64,000 nucleotides of DNA from Rhodosorus marinus CCMP1338 (lineage: Eukaryota; Plantae; Rhodophyta): positions 434,001-498,000 of the forward strand of contig JAMWBK010000002.1 in NCBI GenBank assembly GCA_029953675.1, read 5' to 3'. Every line of letters begins with the position of its first letter. Position 1 is the stretch's first letter. Under the pieces are notes generated by a model. That model did no database searches. It saw only the letters and a program-made list of their open reading frames with translations, and was not told where the DNA came from. This document shows, piece after piece, positions 23,281 to 35,500 of this stretch. Position numbers and translations under genes: made by a program.

Positions 23281-26200
23281 ATGTCTGAAAATTGGGAGAA
23301 GACTCATGGCGTGCTTTACACCAAACAGAAGACTCAGAAGTCCAAGAAGTGGCACGATGGGAAGTTGAAGGTGCAGAAGATCCAGGATCGCTACCGCGTG
23401 ACCCTCATCGACGAGGACGGAAGCATCCTAGAGTCCACAACTCGGAACGAAGTATGTTGCCTGCCTAGCACGTCCTCTGTGCTTTTCATGCGCGTTGTGG
23501 CTAATCGATTGCTCCCTGCTTCTTCTTCCAGGACGTTGCCGTAGGAGATGATGTTGAGATCGTTCATTTTCTTCTCCAAATTGAAGAAATTGAGAAACTG
23601 TACGGAGTGCAAGGCCACGGAGGGCAGCAGTCGTCACCTCGCGTGGATGTCAAAAAGCAAGTAAACGGAGAGTCCACAGAGCCGTCGATTGGGAGAGCCA
23701 GTCGACAACCGCTCAACAAGAGAAAACGACATGGTATGTAAGAACGAAAAAGGCCTAGTACGTCTACCATAACAATCTATTAACATCCACGTCTCCTCTT
23801 CGACTGTTTCGGGACTAGTTGAGCCCACAGCAACGCCACTTACGTACGAGGAAGTCCCAGAAGCTGGAAGATCGGATGAGGAGTTGGTTCGTCTGTTACG
23901 CGCTTCCTTGGCAAGAGTCAATTCGAATCATTGCGAACTGCAACGGATTCTCCCGGAATCAGAAAACGGTACTGGAAGCGTAAAGCCGCACAGACGATGA
24001 GAGCAGTCATTGATAAACGTCAAGCTCCGTCATTGTGAAAGGGAATGAAGTCCAGTACTCGGAGCCTACGATGAAGGTGGACCATGCGATGGAGGGACAA
24101 GTTGAGAGGCCTGAATTTGAGGCTGCGAACTCAGCTCTTCTCACGCCCACGTCAAATCAGAAGTTCAAACCCCCTAGATTAACGCGCGCGGTGCCTAGGG
24201 ACTCTGTCAACAAGATGGACCTAGAAACGGTCTCTCCCACTGGAATGCAGCGGTTGGAAGCAGTTAAACAGCCCAAGTTCACGCTCTTCTTCCCGAGCCG
24301 CGTCTATGTTCAAACCCACCCGAGAAAGACAAGGGAAGTCAAAATCCCAAACACATTCGAATGCATTCGAGAATACTGTCATGCATATCGGGAAGCGCTC
24401 TACGAGGAAGTCAACCTCCAGCTTCACGAGCAAGCGAAACGGTTTTATACTGCTGTGGACGAGAATACGAAGAAACTACCCTCCAGTCAAGAAATTGTAC
24501 GAGCTGCAAGGCGCGCAGGGCTTTCCGTGTTTTCCGACGTCAGCTTATCTACGGGTGCTCACGGGACGGCATCCCGGAAATCGCGGCTCTTTCTGAGTTT
24601 CAAGGACCGAGGGAAATCCGAAGACTTTGTCCGTGGGACCTTATGGGCACTCTTCGACAGGCACTTCTTCCTCAGTGGGCCACAGGGCAACAGAAGCACG
24701 GGAGTCTATTTCCTGGCAAGCATGTGCTATGGATTGTCGTCAACCGGCAGTGTTGAGGTTGAACCCTTTGGCGAAACTCCACCCTCGGGCCTTGGGGACG
24801 ATTCATCCCTCCTTGCATTGCGCTGCCCGGATGTTCAATCTGAAATAGCTGCGTTGCAAGTCTACGAAGAGAGAGCTGATGACATTCGAAAACTAGGTTG
24901 TCTCGACCGCTTGCTTGGTAGGCCGAGGGAATCAGGCATACCGGGAACTCCTGAGACTATGGTAATGTTTCTCAGACCTTTTGCTTCTGGACTGCAGAAT
25001 GTTTCCTAGCGTTCGCAAGCTTCTAATGGGTACTGCTTTTACTGGACACAGGAGAGGGACACAAACATAGACATCTTGAGTTTAAACAGATCGCAAACCG
25101 CTGTGCTTCAACTGGCGACATCGTGGTTTTCCTCGAGCAGTGAGGATAGCAATCATAGCTTTGCCCTTTTGCACGGCCCCCCAGGGACTGGCAAGACCCA
25201 CACGATTGTCAGCCTGATCCTCCATCTACTTGCGGAGAAGCAAAGTGACGACCTTAAGATCCTCGTGGCAGCAACGACAAACGTTGCCGTGGACAACATA
25301 CTCCGCAGCTTGCTCAGACGTGGTTTTGAAAGGTGTCTCGTGAGCACATTGACTCTTCGATCACATGTTCACACACTAAACCTTGGCTGCCACTGTTTAC
25401 AGTTTCGTCAGGATCGGCAGCGTACGTAGAATCCACAGGAGCCTGCTGCCATACACTGTCCTCGGAGGTTCCGGATCAGAAGACCAGCAGGAATTGGGCA
25501 GATTGATAAAGGCTAGGGCCGGAACCCCCGAGGAAATAGCTGCATATGAGGCTCTTCTAGCAGAGCTTAGAAGAGGAGCCAAGCTGGAAGCACTGAAGAA
25601 TGCTTCCCTGGTTGGATCCACATGTGCTTCCATCGGCTCACCGTCGTTTGCATCCTGCAAAGGAAAGTTTGATCTTGTCATTATCGACGAAGCAAGCCAA
25701 ATGATCGAACCGCAAGCTTTGCTGCCAATACTCGCCGGAAAGCGAGGAGTGAAAACTGTGCTATCGGGTATGTGTATAGATAGAAGGCGAATGGAAAGAG
25801 CGGTGAAAGGGTCCTAAGCGGACGATGTTACTTTGTCATCTTCAGGTGACCCGGAACAGTTGCCACCAACTCTTGGCGGTGGGGAGGATAAGGATTGCAA
25901 CGGACTTGGAAAGACTCTCTTCGAGAGGCTGAAATCTATTTCCCAGCTCCAGGTCCCTTGTTTCTTCCTTGACACTCAGTATCGATCCCATCCAAAGCTA
26001 TCGCGGATTTCGAACGAGCTATTCTATTCATCACGCCTTTTGGATGGTGTAGCTCCAGATGATCGGAAGCCTTTTCTCCCAAACCTTCCGCATTTTGTAG
26101 TGGCGAATGTGGACGATGGACAGGAAAAGTATGCCACTTCTTGGGCTTCGGTGTTTGGACACGATTGAATAATGGCTCCTGACCTAGTTGACTACTATGA

Positions 26201-26655
26201 TTACTATGGTCAGGTACTCAAAATCTGGTAGCTATACCAATCCAAGCGAAGCTCGTGCGATCGCAACTTCTGTGAAGGAGATGGTTGCTTTAGGGGTTGA
26301 CAAAAGTAGTATTGGCGTCATATGCATCTACAAGGCTCAAGTCCAGCTCGTGCTGGACTATGTTGGGGGAGAGGACGACCACAGAGGCCTCCAGGTTTCA
26401 ACTGTTGACGCTTTTCAGGGCGCAGAACGTGACGTCATATTCCTGTCCACGGTCAGGACGACTTCATTCGGGAAGCTGCTGGTGTCATGGAAGCGGATCA
26501 ACGTAGCGCTCAGTCGTGCGAAAACTCACCTCTTCGTTTTGGGTAAGGAGTCTCTCCTCCGCAAAAATCCGACGTGGAGAAAAGTCACATCAATCTCAAC
26601 CCAAATGAGCGTCAACCAATGGCTATCCACTATCAACAGCTATAACCATACCTGA
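23281..26655 (+). CDS. ZGRF1-like protein: N-terminal DUF2439 plus C-terminal superfamily 1 (Upf1-like) helicase; multi-exon
   Basis: N-terminal LYTKQKTQKSKKWHDGKLKV. Helicase motifs LHGPPGTGKT, AATTNVAVDN, IIDEASQ, GDPEQLPP, LDTQYRSHP, VSTVDAFQGAERD and RINVALSRAK. Middle exon junctions are approximate. Confidence 0.88.
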
Positions 26656-28301
26656 GCCTAGCTGAGCCGGGGAGTTCGGCCTCTTCTCAAGCATTCAGTG
26701 ACGAAGGCTTGGTCGGATCTAACACGTAGAACAAGTTTAACTTATGAATACAAGAAAATTAAAGATACAGACATCCGCAACCGTGGTCTTTTGTTGAACT
26801 GAGTCCCACGAAGGCATTTAAGCAGCCCCAGGCAGGGGGAACTTTCCGCCGATCATCCCGGGAGGTCGGCGCAAAAACCCCAGGTTGAAATCCATTCCGC
26901 CCCACTTTTCCAGTTAACCAGGAGCCTTGGACAGCTCAAAAGACCATCAACACTAGATCAATCAAAAACTTCTCCCCAACAAGACCAGTGCGTTTATCGG
27001 AGACTACCAGTTCTCCTCTGCACCCCTTAACCTAGCGAGGGCTCATGTCATGCCACTTCAAACAAGACCGCCATGCGCCTGTTCACCAGAGCCCACAACC
27101 TGCTCAAAACATAAAGGACACTCGCCAATTCTTAATTGGAAACATGGAAGTCAAGAAACTATCTCTAGAGCTGTCGTGTTAGATTTTCACTCGTTACCAC
27201 CCCATCCACATGTTCATCAGCAAAAAATATTATCCAATCCATTACTCTAAAATTTCTTGCTTGGTAATATGGGATATAGAAATACAGAAATTTTCAAATG
27301 CTAAAAATATCTTCAGCTTAATTATTACTAAAAACAAATAATATAGTCCAATCTATTTCCACTCTAAAAATGAATTTCCGTTACAAATAAACCGAATGCC
27401 GCGGTCGATGACAACCGAACCGGCCGATTTTAATGATTGAAACAATCCAAACCGTATAATATAAAAATTATAAATAGAAGTTATCAATCTTTATATAAGT
27501 CAAAATTATTGCTGATTTGGGGTTGTTTTGGAGGGTAGCTGTTTTCTTTGAGTTTTTTTTTATATTTCTGTGCTTTGGATTGTTTTGAGTCCTAAGTGAA
27601 GTGGTTTGGTGTGTGTTGGTTTTAAGAGGTGAGCGAAGGTCGATGTGTCTGCATCCAATGCGGACTGCGACGGACTAGAAGGGTGTTGAAGACTATTAAA
27701 AATATAGATAGTAACCTCATACACCGATAGTACTAGCTGTTCGAAAGCGGATATGCTCCAAAACTCGAGGAGAATCTTACTTTTCGCAGGCGTTGTGCAC
27801 CTGCAGAACTGACCAGTTTGAATCAAAGCTGAACTAGTTCAGTTAAGACTGAAAAACAGAGTTCAAAGAGCGATTTAAAACCTGTGATAGACCCGAAACT
27901 GTTTTGAAGAAATGTTCTTTTCCATGCGCATGCCTGCAAAGGTCAGCTCGCAACCACACCAAACCCAATCCCTTTACCGATGACTATGCCTGGTCGAATG
28001 CACGACAACAACACTTCGCTGATCTGACAGTCTGGAGAATTTCTCGTCCACTCCGGAACATCTGATCTGAAGCTTCATATTCCTCTTTCAATGTACTGGT
28101 GGGCCTTCTTCCAAATTCAAACCCGACGCCTTCAAAGGAAAATGGCTTTCCAAACCGGCGGCAACGAAGCTGAGAGGGGTAGGCGAGTGAACTGGAAGGG
28201 AGGAAGGAGCTGAACATTTCAGGGAGAGGACTTGAACTCATGTACTTTGTTTAATCGTTTGGCTATCTGTGGACGACGGGTTCAGAGGTTGGCGGCGTAA
28301 A

Positions 28302-30764
28302 ATGGGGAAGAACAGTGGTGGTGAGAGTCGTCCTCTAATGCGAAAAGGAGGGGACAATGGGAGCAGCTCAGGTTATGATTCATCGGATGGGACTCTTGTT
28401 GCTGCGAAAAAGCCGCCCGCGAAGGAGTCCACACTGAAGAAACTTCTTCTGCCATTGTACTCAATACTGCTGTTAATAAGTGCGACCGGGAACTCAATCT
28501 GCTTCAAGAAAATGACTAACGCGATGCCAAACTACCCTTTTTTCTTAATGCAAGCATCAACTGTTGTATATATACCAACGTTCGCCATTGTTGTGAGTGT
28601 CTCAACGGCACTCGAACCCTCCTGTCTTCGCCGCCTAACCCACGTTCACATCTTCTACTGCTCCATCTTCAAAAGGTCGAGATTATAAGACGAACGACAG
28701 GTCTCAACGAAGAGACCTTGAATTTTCCACAGCACAAATTTGCACTTATGGCTCTGTTTGATGTCGTTTCCGGAGTTATGACGTTATTCGGAGGTGTTTA
28801 TACGAAGGGAACCACTCAGGTACTGAACTGTTCCATCCACATGGTGGTTACTTGTGCCGTTTCAGCTCCTGAAGTTTCGCCCTGATCCCCGCCCGTTTGC
28901 GCAGATGCTTCTTCTACAGGGTGCGATTCCGATTACAATGATAAGCTCGGTACTTCTTCTACGTTCAAAGTATGCATCGTTGATAGAGACATGCTCCTCG
29001 CAACCACGATCCACTCTATTCTAATCGGCCTCTACTTTATCCTCAAGGTACGATTGGATGCAGTGCATTGGAGCGCTGGTTATTATGTCCGGCGTGTTTG
29101 TCGTCCTCTCGCCGAAGTTTTTCTCGTCTGGAAGCGGCGTTTCAGCAGGCACAGATCTGCTGGTTTTCAACGTGATCTTCTTCCTCGCAAACATACCACA
29201 GTCGCTTTCTAGCGTTTACAAAGAAGTTGCGTTCAAGGACACGGTATGGTCACCCCCACTTGTGTGTTTCACTGTGTTCTGACCTATTCAGAGTTTCTAG
29301 ATGGGCATTCAGGATCTGACCGTTCGCCTTCTCTCTTCTGTAGGAGAATTTGGATATTTACTATACGCAGCTATGGATCGCAGTTTACCAGCTTTTGATG
29401 GGCTTTGTTGTGCTTCCGGTCAATGCCCTACCACTGCTGGGCCCTGTGAGGCTTCCTCTCAGCCAACTCGGTGCCGCACTCAAAGGAGGGTTTAACTGCT
29501 TCCGTGGAATTGATAGCCTAGTATCGAACTGCTACACAACTACGGTATGTCCCTCTCCCCGCTGTTCTTGTCCGGTCGTCAATGACTCATGCGCCAACGC
29601 TCTCATCCTCTTGCCGCTCTCCTTTGTTCAGCCGATTCCTGGCTTGAAACCTTGTGATTCATGCGCAGGCGCGTGGTACGTCGTAATGCAGTATATGTTC
29701 TTCAACTTTCATTACAATCTATTCGCGATCCTGTTGATCAAAGAAGGATCAGCCGCGCTCTTGATTATCATTATGACACTTCGGCTCCCTCTTGGAAATT
29801 TTGCATTCTACATGCCCTTCATCATGGGAGAGGCCGTTCAGCCGTTTAATCCTCATGACATCTCTGGCCTCCTGGTGAGTTCCTTGCTTTTTGTTCTCGA
29901 TTCATACAACAGCTCAAGCTCGAGGCCACTTTTTTGCTTTGGACAAAAACGCCCAGGTTATTCTGCTCGGGCTGGTCATTTACAGAATACAGAGGTCTCC
30001 GGAGTCTGAACAGTCAAACGCTCCTTTTGTCATTACATCGGTGGTTACTCTTGGCCCGGGAGGTAAGAACGGTCCCCAACCCCTCGTTCCGATCGAGAGG
30101 TTGCCTAACACACAAGTTCTTTGCGATGCCATTAGTCAAGGAGCCGATTACTTCTCAAGTCCAGAGGGTGAACCTGCACCGAAAGGTGGAGTCAATAAGA
30201 GGCCATTTATATACCCGATTGGGATTGCCTCCAGCGCCAAACTACGTACCTCCCGATGATGCGGATGGCCACTTACCGGAGAAGTTTTTAGCAAATTCGC
30301 CTTCGGAACAGTACAATCAGAGGTGAGCCACCGGAAAGTGGAATATCCTGCCACCGTCAGGGCGAATAGCTTTTGATCCTGTCCCGCGCGTGGAGCTGGA
30401 AAAGCCCAGCCTGTGTGATGAAGGGAACAGACACTCCGATAGAAGTGCCTTCTCCCTCGTGTCGATGCAGACACTTGTCTCGGCTGGCCACTGCAGAACG
30501 GCGGCTAGACTCTTGCTTGATCTGATCCGCTTGCGTGCTTACTGACGCTTTCGGTCTGTGATTGCTTGCTGCAGGAGTGCGTTGAATGCGAGCTTAAATA
30601 ATAGTCCAGTTTTCGGAGTCAGCCCCGTGGCACGAAGCGCCCCTTTCTACGTGGACTTGCTTAACCACAAGCAACGGAATAACGAGTCTGATTCGGACGA
30701 GGACGAGGACGAAGGCGGGGTTTATGTGGATTATTCGAATCCAAGAGGAAGACCAATACCATAA
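28302..30764 (+). CDS. CRT-like (chloroquine resistance transporter family, CLT) drug/metabolite transporter; about 9 exons
   Basis: Spliced segments NSICFKKMTNAMPNYPFFLMQ, FPQHKFALMALFD..GVYTKGTTQ, LLQGAIPITM, FFLANIPQSLSSVYKE, MDIYYTQLWIAVYQ, FNFHYNLFAILLIKEGSAAL and LRLPLGN match the CRT-like transmembrane pattern. The last exon assignment is less certain. Confidence 0.88.
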
Positions 30765-31092
30765 TGGTTGTGGCTTGTAAATTTACGTTTTTTTCTCTCT
30801 ATGCTTGCGTTTCGACCCTAACCCTCTTGATGGGCTGGACGGCCTCATCCCAGCTGTTGTGTCCTTCAAAAGAACGTGCATACGGAAGCGGGCGTCCACC
30901 CTACAAGCACACATCAACCTCCAGTCGCGAGCTCGACGCGTTCTCGGGGAAATGGGAGCGCCAGCAGACCGTCAGAAAGAGAAGGCGAAGCGTTCAGGCT
31001 CGAGCGCATAGAGCTGCAAGAAACGAAAAACCGAACCAGCATAACACTGACTCCTAAACAGCTCGACGATGAACGGACGAAATGACCCAAGT

Positions 31093-31935
31093 TTACGAAC
31101 AGCTTTCAATAATATGGCAACCTTGCGGACTGCACACCTTCTTCTTCTCGCAAGTCTGGAAGAAGAAACAACAGAAGCTTCTCATCAGAGACCGCATCAA
31201 GTAGTAAACAGACAAAATATGTTAGAAAACGTTACCCTTGGCTCTCGTCGTTGTTGATGCCCCCACCCGCCGCCATAACCCAAGTCCTCATCGTCCCAGC
31301 CATAACCCCGTCCACCTCCTGCACGTCGACCTCTGCTACCACCACCACCGCCACCCATGTTAAAGTGAAAAGTAGTTCCTCCAAAGTTAAAACCTCCTCC
31401 GCCGAAACCACCGAAGCCACCACCGCCGCCACCTCCTCCATCTTCTTTCAGTCCTTCTTCCCCGTACATGTCGTAGATTTCTTTCTTCTTATCATCGCTC
31501 AATACTTCGTAAGCTTTTCAAGCCAGAAAAAAAAACATGTCGTACGGACGCTAAGTTCCAACTGCTGACCATCATCTTTGACTATGGGAACCGGTCTGTG
31601 CGCCTAGGCCATACCTGTTGTGATTTCCTGAAACTTCTTCTGGGCATTCTTGTCCTTAGGGTTTCTATCTGGATGGTAGATCCTTGCCAACTTCCTGAAC
31701 GCAGCCTTGATTTCAGCTACAGGAATTCAACAATACAAAACAGACCGGGGAAGTTTAGAACAGAACCACACGAATACCTTCACTAGATTGCAGCCCAAAA
31801 ATACTTACTTTTGGATGCCCCTCTGTCGAGTGTGAGATCAGCATAGTAGTCGCGTCCAGCGACTACTGAACGAGCAACAAGTACAATAATAAGGAACACG
31901 CATAGCAGCCAACTCGTACCCCTCGAGCAACCCAT
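31093..31935 (-). CDS. J-domain (DnaJ/Hsp40) protein with signal peptide, G/F-rich region and short Cys-rich tail; 4 exons
   Basis: [34 protein letters not shown]..|[29 protein letters not shown]|[22 protein letters not shown], then a Gly/Phe tract, then [20 protein letters not shown]. Confidence 0.88.
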
Positions 31936-32533
31936 CTCTAATTATCGGCCTCAAAACAAAGAAAGGCGAGTGACACCCAACACCCCAGCTCAGAGACAGA
32001 GATAAGAAAAAAACGCCAACCAGGGCCTCAGTCGTTTGCCAACGATCGACAAGTTCCCCACAAGAAGACTCCACAAAAAGTGGCACTTCCTCCAAAAAAC
32101 GCAATCCAATCCACTCTCCCTCTCCCCCCCTCCCCTCCCCCCCAAAATAAAGAACGACACAAAAACCGCCCTTATTCCCACGCAGGCGCTACAAAAACAG
32201 AAGATAACTTGAAAAAAGTTACACCGAAAAAGTTCGTCTCTTCTATCTCACGCAACAAAACGTCTTCATCACTGGCCTAAGCCCTTAGTCAAACCCTCCC
32301 ATGCCATCTCCATGCTCTGTCCTCTTCTTAAAGCTAAACAGCTCCCACACCCCCCCCCCCTCCCCGAAAGCATGATTTAGCCCTTCTTCCTCATCCCCAA
32401 AAGCGACTTTCACATAAATAAAAACAAAAACACACATATAAATTTTTCGACACGCGTTAGAAATTAATTCGTTTAAATCGGAGAACAGGACACGTGCTAA
32501 TATATTTCTGGTAAAATCGATGCTGAGCAACAA

Positions 32534-32567
32534 TCAGTCGAGATCGGTCAATACCGATATCGACTGA
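32534..32567. other. Near-perfect palindrome (15-bp arms, 14/15 match, 4-nt loop)
   Basis: TCAGTCGAGATCGGT-caat-ACCGATATCGACTGA, read directly. Confidence 0.85.
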
Positions 32568-35500
32568 AAATCAATCTCTATGTAATATTCAGTCCATATA
32601 CTGAGATTTCAATCTCTTTCGGTTTTGTTCCTCTCATTATTTCGTAATATTTGACAGAAACGAATTCCGTAATGATTTCCTGGTGTATTTCGACTGATTA
32701 TCAGTCATTACATGAAAACGGGGTTTTTATTTATTATTATTGAAGATCGCGGGTTTTGGGACGTCCCACCGCCGCAGGTCGGTGGGACAGGAGTGTCCAC
32801 AATTATGTGACATGTGGAATAGTTTTTGAGTTGTTTGCGGGCTGATGATGAGGTCTTGGGGGTCTTTTGAAGGGTGTTTACGGAATGTGTGTTTAGTACT
32901 GAGCGAATGATACTATACTGAATGAGGACGAAGTCCTTTGATCTCCGCTCTGCTGTAGATATGCCTGCCTAGTTTTCAACAAATTAGGAGGTTGCGGGTA
33001 TCGCTGCGGGTTTCTATTTTCACCTACTGCTCAGCTGCGCGTTCGGAGTTGGCAGCCTGCGAACTAGACTGAGGGCTGATAGAAAGGATTCCCTCGTGTA
33101 CGTGATCGAAGCAGAGCTGTGAGAGCTCGCTACACATAAACTTGGGCGGCGGACGGTGACCAAACCATCTGCCTGCCGCCTTTCTCGGACGCGTTCTAAA
33201 ATTGATTTTATGGAGACAACTGATATCCACGTGCTCAAGGAATTCTCTGCCCGCGTTTTCCTACCCACTTGATGCAGACTTTGTTGTCAGTGTACACCAC
33301 CGCCTTGGTAAGTGTCACTTCTAGCTCCGCAACAGTTGTTGCTTTCGGCGTAGTGATTTCATTCCTTCTGCGGTGGCAACATGTTCCGGCTCCGATGGTG
33401 AGGTAGCAGCTCGGGTTCATTCTGAATCGTACATTTTTCACTTTTCCTCTTTGTTTTGTGAATATTTTTATTCGTTTCCAATCAGCGCTTTGCAAGCAGG
33501 ACTTCTTTGCTGAGATCTGCCAGGTGAGTACTTAATCACTATGTATTCGGTCCTAGCCTCGGCGATCTTTGTGTGAGAGGGTCAATGAGCAGTGGGGGGC
33601 TCAAGACAAAGTTACTCCGAACCTTATGTTCTTCCAACTATACTCTGGACGCCTTCAGTGAATCAAGTCTGTGGAGGACCCTTCCAGTGAGTAGTATCAG
33701 CCCGGACATAGCGCACCTCTGTTTCGTGATTAACTGTTTCGACGTCCGAAAGGAATTGTAAGCGAGGATTAATGCTGGAGACGATTGGCAGACAGGATGT
33801 TAGCCAAGGACATCATTATATCCGTCAGCTGAGCATCGACAGCTAATTCATGCTTTCATCGACTACACCCGCTACGAGCTCATCCTCATCCTCGTGAAGG
33901 CAACTTTGGTTCATGTGTACGATGAAGCCTTATCTCGTCTCCGTTCAGTAGATTGATACGTCTGAATGCGTAGAAAACGTTGAAATATGCTTTCTTCGAT
34001 AGAGTTTACGGGAGGCTTCAAAGCTAGCCCACTATCTCAAACTCTGAATCCGTGCAGAGACCTTTCAGGCTTTTAGCAGTGTTCAAGCAAACATTCCAGG
34101 AGCTTATCCATGTCCGAGTACGGATCGAGTTCTGGAACCACGTCCGCATCGTAGGTCTTTATGTACGAGAGCTTTCCTGTGCTTTCTGGGTCGAGCGCAT
34201 TCCGTAGGTTGGCTGGACGAGCGGACGGACGAGGAGCTTATTTCTGAAGCCGCTCTCGAGGTTATCGGTGCAATACCTCAGAGATTTCGAGCGTGGGGAG
34301 CGAAATGTTTTGTCGAGGGTTGCGGTAGTCTGGGATTGATCGTATGCTTCGTTGAGTCTCACCCTGTCGCGCTGTAACGCCTGCCTTGATCCTGGAGTTG
34401 TGATCTTTGCGGCCTTCCAAGCGCACCTCAGTCGGGGACCTTAGCCTCCGATAAAATCGACCTGTTAGTCCGGCGTTGCGATGCAGTAGGTAATTGCTGC
34501 ATGACCGCAGGCAATTGGGGCGAAACGCCCTAAACTGACTTTTGTGCTGTGTAGCCAAACTCTGAATTTCAACTTCATCCCAATACTTCAAAATTCCCAA
34601 ATTAGGCCAATATTCCAAATCTATCTTTCCGTTTTCGTACTTCTTGGCTCCTTTCTACCTATTCCGTGAAGTATGATATTTATAGTCTCACAACCCCTTC
34701 ACAAGGTCTAGATTTAGCCTTCCGAGCTCCAAAATCCGGGTATGGGGTTATGTAAACTGGGGTTGAATTTCGATGACAACTGTACTTTAAAGATCTGGAC
34801 AGATAATGTTAATTCCAAAATTAAGAATAGTGTGGGCTATGATGTTCAAAATATAGGACATAGTCCGCTAAATCGTTGTTGGTTAATTCAGGCACCACGC
34901 GGATATCGACGATGTATATCGCTGAATCCCCCAATCCGTTTTGCGAATCGGATGCTAATTGATTAAGCCTTTGGTTGACAAAGATATGTTGGCCAGCCCT
35001 AGCTTCTGGCAGAAATACGCCCTGACGATAGATTACAATCAAGGACTATTTCACGACTGCTAAACGTTGCAGATACTGCAAAAGAGCAACGTGCACTTTG
35101 CAAAAAAGTGCCGAGTGGGGTGGGACACCAAGAACCGCAAACCTTCACCACGTCACTTTAATCTCCGTACCCCTTCTCGAGAGTGGTTCAGATGACCACC
35201 AAAACTTGGACACCATTTTCAACCCAAACGTGGTGATTAACTTTCTTGTTTCGCTCAGCCCCGCCCGAATAGTGAACGCTCTACCAAACCAGACTGAGAA
35301 CCCCACGCCAACCTGAATCTTGGAAACGCTTTTGAACTAGTTTTGCTTTTACTTCTTGCATTACAAGCCTCCAATCGGAAAGGCTGGTTCCGAGAAAGAA
35401 GCAGACGGAGATAATGAACTCGTACTGAATTGAGGGGGTAGCCGCCCTTGACTGCCGGTAGGGACTTCATTCACCTTTGAGAAAGGAGCGGTGGGTGTAG

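Noticed and set aside
27560-28241. Minus-strand ORFs divergent from the CRT-like gene
   Set aside because: The position is plausible for a real gene, but I could not support a product or exon chain.
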